Origin: Gemmatimonadaceae bacterium
GTDB taxonomy: Bacteria > Gemmatimonadota > Gemmatimonadetes > Gemmatimonadales > Gemmatimonadaceae
Reading direction: 5' to 3'
DNA: 44,305 nt
Assembly: GCA_044224875.1 (NCBI GenBank)
Contig: JBGAJQ010000044.1
Coordinates: forward strand, 1 to 44,305
The position numbers and the translations under genes are program-made. This document shows positions 37,652-44,305 of this stretch, piece after piece. Below the pieces are notes generated by a model. That model saw only the letters and a list, made by a program, of their open reading frames with translations, did no database searches and was not told the DNA's origin. Each line of letters opens with the position of its first letter. The stretch's first letter is position 1.

Positions 37652-40183
37652 ATGACTCGTCGACATGGACTCTGGGCGATCGGGATCACGTTGGGTGCGC
37701 TGCTCCTCTGGCGCGGGGGAGCACCCATCGCCGTGTTCGGTGGAGCCGTGGACTTCAATCGCGACGTGCGCCCCATCCTGAACAAGAACTGCGTTCAGTG
37801 TCACGGCGGGGTACGCCAACAGGGAGAGCTGAGTCTCCTGTTCCGCGAGGACGCCATGAAGCCGGCCAAATCCGGCAAGCGCGCGATCGTCCCCGGCGAC
37901 CCGGGAGCCAGCGAGATGATCGCGAGGATCACCAATGGCGATCCACACGACCGCATGCCCAAGGGGCGCGACCCACTCTCATCCGAGGACATCGCGACAC
38001 TCACCCGCTGGATTGCGAAGGGTGCGGCGTGGGAGGATCACTGGGCCTATCGAAAGCCAACCGTGGTCCCGCCCCCCAAGGTCTCCAACTCGGCGTGGCC
38101 GCGCACGGGGCTCGACCGGTTTGTGCTGGCGGGGTTGGACGCCGAGCAGCTCAAACCCTCGCCCGAGGCAGGTTGTGCGACGCTGGCGCGGCGCGCGAGC
38201 CTCGACCTCATCGGCTTGCCACCTTCCCTGGCGCAGGTAGACGCCGCGTGCACGTCGTCCAACCCGAAAGGCTACGAGCAACTGGTCGACACGCTCCTTG
38301 CCTCTCCGCACTTCGGGGAGCGGTGGGCTGCGCTGTGGCTCGACCTCGCGCGCTACGCCGACTCGAAGGGCTATGAGGCCGATCGTGCGCGGCCGATGTG
38401 GAAGTACCGCGATTGGGTGATCAACGCGTTCAACCGCGACGAGCCCTTCGACCAGTTCACCATCGATCAGCTGGCGGGCGACCTCCTTCCGAACCCGACA
38501 CCCGATCAACTGGTCGCTACGGCGTTCCATCGTAACACGATGACCAACGACGAAGGGGGCACCGACGACGAGGAGCATCGCGTGGCCGCCGTGATCGATC
38601 GTGTAAACACCACGTGGGTGGTGTGGCAGGGAACGTCCATCGGGTGTGCACAGTGCCACGGCCATCCGTATGATCCCATTCGGAATGTCGAGTACTATCG
38701 GGCCTTCGCCATCTTCAACAACACGGCGGATTGGGATCAGTTCGATGAGTACCCGACCATACCCAGCTTCAAAACGGCGGATGACGCCAAGGGCACGGCG
38801 GTCTGGGCCAGCCTGGAGCGGTTGCGCTCGGCGATGGACAGCATCGTACGGCGACCTGAGCGCGAGGCGACACGGCGTGAGTGGGAGGGCACGCTGACTG
38901 TGCCGGCCGTCGCCGGCAAAGTGGACGAACATTGGCTCAACGAACTTCGCCGCGTGGTCCGGACGCCGGAGGACAAGCGCGACAAGGGGCAACGCGCCTT
39001 CGTTCGATACGTGTTCTCCGAGGTATCCTCCGATCCCGCGTTGGTGAAGCTGCGTGACGAGCGCCAAAAACTCCGGAAGACGCTGGGCACACTCAACCCC
39101 ACATACACTCCGGTGATGCGCGAGCTGCCGCTTTCCCGCAGCCGCACGACCCGTGTCTTCGAGCGAGGCAACTTCCTCACGCGCGCGGATGTCGTCTCGC
39201 CAGCTACACCTGCCGCGCTCGCTCCTGCGCTGGATGCGCAGCTGCCGAATCGACTCGGCTTGGCCAAGGCGCTCATGAGCGCGGAGAACCCGCTGACGGC
39301 CCGCGTTACCGCCAACCGGCTCTGGGAGCAGCTGTTCGGCATTGGAATCGTGGAGACCACCGAGGACTTCGGGACGCAAGGCACACCCCCGGCCAACCGC
39401 GAACTCCTCGACTATCTCGCGCTCCAGCTGCAGAACGAGCATCGGTGGCACATCAAGGGCTTTCTCAAGGAGTTGGTGCTGTCGGCCACTTACCGCCAAA
39501 CTTCGCACGCGTCGCCCGCCATGCACGAGCGCGATCCTGCCAATCGTCTGCTGGCGCGCGGGCCGAGGGTTCGCTTGTCCGCCGAACAGGTCCGCGATGC
39601 AGCACTGACCGTCAGCGGATTGCTGAGTGACAAGATGCTGGGGCCGAGTGTGATGCCGGTACAACCGGATAGCGTGTGGCAGCGACCGTACAACGGGGAG
39701 AAGTGGGTCGCGGACACCGGTGCGAATGGCCATCGCCGTGCGCTCTACACGCTGTGGAAGCGAACGGCTCCCTATCCGTCGCTCATCACATTCGATAGCC
39801 CAAGCCACGAGGTATCGGTGGCTCGGCGCGTGCGCACCAACACGCCGCTGCAGGCGCTGGTCACCCTCAACGATCCCGTATACACGGAAGCGGCGCAGGC
39901 GTTGGCTCTCCGCATGCTGCCGTTAGGCGCCAGGACACCTGACTCGGCCACGGTCGACGCCGCACTGGTGCGGGGCTATCGGCTGGCGCTGCAACAGGCG
40001 CCCCCCGCTGAGGCGTTGGCGGCACTGCGGACGCTCTACACGCGCTCACGCACCTACTACGAGGGGCACCCTGCCGACTGTGCCAAGGCCGCCGGCCGGC
40101 CTAACGCGTCACCGAGTCAGGCGGCCATGGCGGTGGTGGCGAGCAGCGTGCTCAACCTCGACGCATTCATCACGAAGGAATAG
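37652..40183 (+). CDS. PSD1 and planctomycete cytochrome c domain protein (DUF1549/DUF1553)
   Basis: VDFNRDVRPIL..NCVQCHG, HFGERWA..WLDLARYADS.G, YRDWVI.AFN, CAQCHGHPYDP, NPLTARV, RLSAEQVRD, TNTPLQAL..LND, LNLDAFITKE. Confidence 0.92.
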   Translation: MTRRHGLWAIGITLGALLLWRGGAPIAVFGGAVDFNRDVRPILNKNCVQCHGGVRQQGELSLLFREDAMKPAKSGKRAIVPGDPGASEMIARITNGDPHDRMPKGRDPLSSEDIATLTRWIAKGAAWEDHWAYRKPTVVPPPKVSNSAWPRTGLDRFVLAGLDAEQLKPSPEAGCATLARRASLDLIGLPPSLAQVDAACTSSNPKGYEQLVDTLLASPHFGERWAALWLDLARYADSKGYEADRARPMWKYRDWVINAFNRDEPFDQFTIDQLAGDLLPNPTPDQLVATAFHRNTMTNDEGGTDDEEHRVAAVIDRVNTTWVVWQGTSIGCAQCHGHPYDPIRNVEYYRAFAIFNNTADWDQFDEYPTIPSFKTADDAKGTAVWASLERLRSAMDSIVRRPEREATRREWEGTLTVPAVAGKVDEHWLNELRRVVRTPEDKRDKGQRAFVRYVFSEVSSDPALVKLRDERQKLRKTLGTLNPTYTPVMRELPLSRSRTTRVFERGNFLTRADVVSPATPAALAPALDAQLPNRLGLAKALMSAENPLTARVTANRLWEQLFGIGIVETTEDFGTQGTPPANRELLDYLALQLQNEHRWHIKGFLKELVLSATYRQTSHASPAMHERDPANRLLARGPRVRLSAEQVRDAALTVSGLLSDKMLGPSVMPVQPDSVWQRPYNGEKWVADTGANGHRRALYTLWKRTAPYPSLITFDSPSHEVSVARRVRTNTPLQALVTLNDPVYTEAAQALALRMLPLGARTPDSATVDAALVRGYRLALQQAPPAEALAALRTLYTRSRTYYEGHPADCAKAAGRPNASPSQAAMAVVASSVLNLDAFITKE

Positions 40184-40195
40184 CGCTGACGACCC

Positions 40196-41686
40196 ATGTG
40201 CGATCCCTTGGACCCTCGATTTGACGCGTTGCAGGGCATCACGCGCCGGCACTTCCTGCAGGCTGGCGCCACCGGCATTGGCGCCGCGGCCCTGGCATCG
40301 CTCCTTGGCTGCGAACGTTCCCTGACCGCAGATGGGGCCAGTGGGGTTGTTGTACGTGACAGCCAGCATCCGATGTCGCCCCTCGTACCGCATTTTCCAG
40401 CGAAGGCGAAGCGCGTGATCTTCCTGCACATGGCGGGGGCGCCGTCGCAGCTCGAACTCTTCGACTACAAGCCCGTACTCGCCCGACTCGATGGGCAGCT
40501 TTGCCCCGAGTCGTTGCTGGAGGGGAAGCGGTTTGCGTTCATCAAGGGGATCCCGAAGATGCTCGGGCCGCAGGCGACGTTTGCGCAGCACGGCGAGTCG
40601 CGCGCGTGGATCTCTGACCGGTTGCCGCACCTGACCCAGGTCGCCGACGAGTTGGCGTTCCTGAAGGCCATGCACACCGACCAGTTCAATCACGCACCGG
40701 CGCAGCTCCTGGTGCACACCGGCGGGCCGCGGCTTGGCCGTCCGAGCATCGGCTCGTGGGTGACGTACGGGCTTGGCACGGAGAACCAGAACCTGCCCGC
40801 CTTTGTGGTGCTGCTCTCGGGCGGTGTTGGGCCCGACGCCGGGGCCAGTGTGTATGGCAGTGGCTTCTTGCCGAGTGTGTATCAGGGTGTGCAATGCCGG
40901 TCGTCGGGTGACCCCGTGTTGTATCTGTCGGATCCTCCCGGTGTGCCACGCGAACTGCGGCAGGCGTCGCTCGACGCCATCAACGACGTCAACCGGCGGG
41001 CCTACCAGGAAGCCGGCGACCCCGAGATCCAGACGCGCATTGCCCAGTACGAGATGGCCTTCAAGATGCAGCTGTCGGTGCCCGAGGCGATGGACATCTC
41101 CAAGGAGCCGGCGTCCATTCACGAGATGTACGGGACGACGCCCACCGGGACGTCGTTTGCCAACAACTGCCTGTTGGCGCGCCGACTCGCCGAGCGTGGT
41201 GTGCGTTTCATTCAGCTATTCCACTGGGGATGGGACTCGCACGGCGCGTCGGCGAACGAGGCGCTCAATGTCGGCTTTGTGAAGCGGTGTGCGGAGACCG
41301 ATCGGGCGACCGCGGCGCTGATCATGGACCTGAAGCAGCGCGGATTACTCGACGAGACGTTGATCGTGTGGGGTGGGGAATTCGGTCGGACGCCGATGCG
41401 GGAGAACCGGACTGGTGACGACAATCCGTTTGTCGGGCGGGATCACAACAACGGGGCGTTCACGATGTGGATGGCTGGCGGCGGAATTCGCGGCGGCGTG
41501 ACGCACGGTGAGACGGATGAGATCGGGTATGAAGGGGTTAGCGGCCGGACGGACGTGCACGACCTGCACGCCACGATGTTGCAGCTGCTGGGGTTCGACC
41601 ATGAGCGGTTGATCTACACGTTCCAGGGGCGCAACCATCGGCTGACGGATGTGTCGGGGAAGGTGATTCGGGAAGTCCTCGCGTAG
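40196..41686 (+). CDS. TAT-exported DUF1501 protein
   Basis: TRRHFLQ; AKRVIFLHMAGAPSQLELFDYKP, RPSIGSWVTYGLG, CLLARRLAERGVRFIQL, WGGEFGRTP, GRDH, DLHAT.L.LLG.DHERL. Confidence 0.92.
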   Translation: MCDPLDPRFDALQGITRRHFLQAGATGIGAAALASLLGCERSLTADGASGVVVRDSQHPMSPLVPHFPAKAKRVIFLHMAGAPSQLELFDYKPVLARLDGQLCPESLLEGKRFAFIKGIPKMLGPQATFAQHGESRAWISDRLPHLTQVADELAFLKAMHTDQFNHAPAQLLVHTGGPRLGRPSIGSWVTYGLGTENQNLPAFVVLLSGGVGPDAGASVYGSGFLPSVYQGVQCRSSGDPVLYLSDPPGVPRELRQASLDAINDVNRRAYQEAGDPEIQTRIAQYEMAFKMQLSVPEAMDISKEPASIHEMYGTTPTGTSFANNCLLARRLAERGVRFIQLFHWGWDSHGASANEALNVGFVKRCAETDRATAALIMDLKQRGLLDETLIVWGGEFGRTPMRENRTGDDNPFVGRDHNNGAFTMWMAGGGIRGGVTHGETDEIGYEGVSGRTDVHDLHATMLQLLGFDHERLIYTFQGRNHRLTDVSGKVIREVLA

Positions 41687-41894
41687 GGGCCTCTCGCGGG
41701 AGACAAGCGTCCGGAGTGCTGGAGCACCATGCTCCACTGGTTAACGTCGGCTCTGATCGCTCGCTGTCCGTCTAGGTAGCTTGATCCGATGCGCAACGGC
41801 CCGTTAGGTTTCAGCTACTGGTTAGGCTGTGACTAGACGTGTCAGATTTGGCATGACGTTCCGTCACGCTTCTCACCAACCTTGCGAGGTGTAC

Positions 41895-42368
41895 ATGACG
41901 GGCATCCTTTACTCACTGGGTTACGAGAAGCGCACGATTGGAGAGTACATCGCCATTTTGTGCGAGAATGCTATCGACATCGTCGTTGACGTTCGAGAGA
42001 CCGCGTGGAGTCACAAGCCAGGATTCTCGAAGGCCGCCCTTCAGTCGGCACTTGCTGCTGCGGCGATAGACTACGTCCATGCCCCGTTCGCGGGCAATCC
42101 TAAGTGGCTTCGAAGCAACGCATCGAGCCACGCTGAATGTCTGGACTGGTACAGCTGGTACGTGACGGAGTTTGACGAGATTTTGCCCGCCTTCGAGGCG
42201 CTCATTGGCAGTTGGGTGGCCGGAGGGAAGCGTGTGTGCATTACTTGCTTTGAACGCCACTCGGATGACTGTCATCGTGCTATTCTCGCTTCGAAGTGGC
42301 AGGAACGGGGCCAGCGTCGAGTCGAGCACCTCGCCACCGCCGGCTGCGCCAGACTCCTGACCAACTAG
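41895..42368 (+). CDS. DUF488-family protein
   Basis: YSLGYE, VVDVRETAWSHKPGFSK..L, DYVH...GNP, C-terminal CFER...DCHR motif. SD GAGGTG before ATG 41895. Confidence 0.85.
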   Translation: MTGILYSLGYEKRTIGEYIAILCENAIDIVVDVRETAWSHKPGFSKAALQSALAAAAIDYVHAPFAGNPKWLRSNASSHAECLDWYSWYVTEFDEILPAFEALIGSWVAGGKRVCITCFERHSDDCHRAILASKWQERGQRRVEHLATAGCARLLTN

Positions 42369-43159
42369 AGCAAGCCGAGCTGCTTGGGCCGCTTGGGGTA
42401 CCAAAGGCCAATGACACCAAAGGTCTTCGGGTGAAGACGAAAGTTGCCCATGAATAGTTTGAAGTCGTGGCGTGCCAGAGTAGAGATGTCGGCAAGTCTG
42501 TCTCGCGCCGTGGTCCAGCCCTCTCGTCGCCCGAGCTCGAGCAGTCCCCAGTCTAGGACCTTCATCCTGTGAGGATTGCGCGCGCACGCGCAGTGATCTC
42601 CACACCGCCACGCGAGCTGAATATCGAACGGAAGAAACTCCAGCTCTTTGTACTCCGCACGGAAGACATCCTGCTGACTCTGGATTTCTAGCATCTTCGC
42701 CTCATACTCGGCTTGGGCCTCCGGCGGCCGCTTCACGAGCCGCACATCCAGAATGTCGCCCGGAGTTACCAACCCCAACGACCTGCCCGTTTCATTCTCC
42801 GCCCGCTTCAGAGCTTCCATACTGGGAAAGTGCCAGGAGGGATCACGGAAAACGAGCTCTCGTCGCGAACGCCAAGTGCCCCGGTCCGTATCAAGGTGTG
42901 CTACTCGGTCGATACGCTCGCTGACGACCTTATAGCTTTCCGGGCGAGGATCAGAAGTGCTCTTCTGCGCGGGCACGTCCACCCAGTCGTAGAGCCGATA
43001 CTGCTGGCCGCTTGCAAGGTAGCGTAGAGGAACAGGATACAGCCGGACCGGAGTACCATCCTCCCTTAACGCCCCGGTGCAGACTGTCTCGACGTATCTG
43101 CTGCTTAGCTCGGGATACGTCTTCCCCCAAATAAGTACACGCATCGGCTCGAACCCCAT
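42365..43159 (-). CDS. Conserved hypothetical protein (KTYP...ETVC motif family)
   Basis: SD GGAGG; VLIWGKTYPELSSRYVETVCTG, VRLYPVP, DPRPESY, LDWG, FMGN, IGLWYP; ends QLGLL. Confidence 0.8.
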   Translation of the reverse strand: MGFEPMRVLIWGKTYPELSSRYVETVCTGALREDGTPVRLYPVPLRYLASGQQYRLYDWVDVPAQKSTSDPRPESYKVVSERIDRVAHLDTDRGTWRSRRELVFRDPSWHFPSMEALKRAENETGRSLGLVTPGDILDVRLVKRPPEAQAEYEAKMLEIQSQQDVFRAEYKELEFLPFDIQLAWRCGDHCACARNPHRMKVLDWGLLELGRREGWTTARDRLADISTLARHDFKLFMGNFRLHPKTFGVIGLWYPKRPKQLGLL

Positions 43160-43335
43160 ACACGCCTCCCCCTCGAAATCGATCGAATGTGACCAGAAGC
43201 TACCGCAGCCCGTTCGCTCAGGTCGCATGCAGCAGATGCGATGGTCACGACGATGCGATTGGTCGCGATTTCCGAATCATCTTCCCACCGTTGCTATGCT
43301 TCGGAAATTGTACTCCTAGACGACTCGCCGCAGTG

Positions 43336-44305
43336 TCACCTGGGAACCGCAATACACGAGCGGCGCCAAACCACCTGAAGGAAAGGGTCAAGTTCATCGA
43401 CGGCCAAGGATCTTACGTCTCCAGAATCGTCAGTGAGGCACGCATCAGTGAGGAGCAGCCCATGGTGAACCTTGTCGTATGACACGCGTGTCTCGCTCAG
43501 TTCTGAAAACAGTCGGTCCAGCAGGCGCGCTCCGTGCACCGACTGGAGCCAGCGCGGCGAGCTGGGGCCGTCGCAAGAGTTCGCGTCAAACTCCCCTCGA
43601 TGCCAGTTCTCGGCAATCCACGTCGTAACGTCACCCGTCGTGTGCGACCCGTCCGGATCGAGTGTCGCTAGTACCCGCGCGATGGCCACCGGCGATAGCA
43701 GGTAGTTTTCGAACATGCGCCGTTTGGTGAATTCCGCCCGGTTTCCGCTCTGTTGTCGCAGTTCGTTCAGCTGTGCATCGGATCGTCCCTCGCGGTCGAG
43801 AAAGAAGGCGACAAACGACGGCAGGAGGCTCGGGGCAGTTGCGAGACGGCGATAGATCTCGAACACTTTTTCTGCTTGTCGATTCTCAAGCTCGCCCGTT
43901 GCGACCACACCACGTACCACCAAGCCCTGCACTGCGCCAGGCAGGTAACGAAGAAGGACGTGCTTGATGCATCGCTCTTCTGTTCGCCCTTCAACCCACA
44001 GCACACGGTCCGCCCCAAACACGTCCTCGAGGCGCGCGCCCACCGCATCTAAGAACTTGATTTGATCGCTTTCGTCGCTCGTTTCGACACGACGTACAAT
44101 AGCTTGGTGTTCGCCTCGCTCGATCAGATGCACGGTGGTGGGCGATGCAGCGAGAATGGCGGAGGGTGAATTTGTGGTGATGATATACTGATGCTGGTTG
44201 TACTCGGCCGAAATGATGTCGAACATTCTTCGCAGCGCGCCGGGATGGAGAAAGCTGTGTGGCTCATCGATGACGATGATCTGTGGCCGCGGGGACGTCA
44301 CGATC
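43336..44305 (-). CDS. OLD-like ATP-dependent nuclease (ABC ATPase + TOPRIM), 5'-truncated
   Basis: Walker B/D-loop IIVIDEPHSFLHP, QYIITTNSP switch region, TOPRIM VLWVEGRTEE and FLDRE, MFENYLL. Frame is open to the window edge. Confidence 0.8.
   Translation of the reverse strand, partial: IVTSPRPQIIVIDEPHSFLHPGALRRMFDIISAEYNQHQYIITTNSPSAILAASPTTVHLIERGEHQAIVRRVETSDESDQIKFLDAVGARLEDVFGADRVLWVEGRTEERCIKHVLLRYLPGAVQGLVVRGVVATGELENRQAEKVFEIYRRLATAPSLLPSFVAFFLDREGRSDAQLNELRQQSGNRAEFTKRRMFENYLLSPVAIARVLATLDPDGSHTTGDVTTWIAENWHRGEFDANSCDGPSSPRWLQSVHGARLLDRLFSELSETRVSYDKVHHGLLLTDACLTDDSGDVRSLAVDELDPFLQVVWRRSCIAVPR

Larger units (their letters stand above)
465..41809. repeat. Dispersed highly iterated 8-mer CGTTAGGY / RCCTAACG (at least 28 copies)
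   Basis: Hexamer-core starts at 466, 3440, 3908, 4421, 4934, 8159, 11867, 13748, 15314, 15590, 17182, 18060, 18588, 19506, 22839, 23502, 25277, 25447, 27944, 28834, 31584, 34188, 36815, 37172, 37642, 39922, 40100, 41803. Near-matches at 10087, 25624, 33996, 41821. Confidence 0.8.

Noticed and set aside
37979..39808. 609-aa minus-strand ORF, and similar long ORFs at 8610-10091, 13298-14581, 15705-17186, 21044-22243 and 25625-27010
   Set aside because: They lie opposite well-supported genes, show no motifs, and are expected from stop-codon scarcity in high-GC coding DNA.
465..41827. GCCTAAC/GTTAGGC copies as integron attC sites
   Set aside because: Almost all are inside coding sequences, are not paired as R''/R' ends with L boxes, and no integrase is present.
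1..44305. CRISPR array, tRNA/rRNA, transposase or prophage genes
   Set aside because: No regularly spaced repeats, RNA gene signatures or mobile-element proteins were seen by eye.

Overview
GC-rich (roughly 65-67% by eye) bacterial chromosomal segment. Gene content and style suggest Gemmatimonadota; this is inference, as no marker gene is present. About 34 CDS. Left end: a TIGR02999-type ECF sigma factor coupled to a truncated Ser/Thr kinase, a methionine gamma-lyase-like enzyme, a GH95-like glycosidase, a YcaQ-type DNA glycosylase, an MFS transporter and hypotheticals. Next: a cobalamin-riboswitch-controlled btuF-btuC-btuD-btuB operon, a VPS10/BNR beta-propeller protein, a Thr/Ser dehydratase overlapping a REC-GAF-GGDEF cyclase, and several secreted peptidases and dehydrogenases. 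Then an Rgt-like (rifamycin) glycosyltransferase preceded by an RAE-like palindrome, and a TAT-NHL / cytochrome c-LRR / PSD1 / DUF1501 cluster. The right edge looks like the start of a defence-type island: DUF488, an uncharacterised KTYP-motif protein and an OLD-like ATPase-TOPRIM. The most striking unexplained signals are (1) the non-palindromic 8-mer CGTTAGGY, iterated at least 28 times on both strands and in several reading frames, (2) the rgt + RAE-like module in an apparently non-actinobacterial host, and (3) the DUF488/KTYP/OLD locus. No tRNA, rRNA, CRISPR array or transposase was seen.
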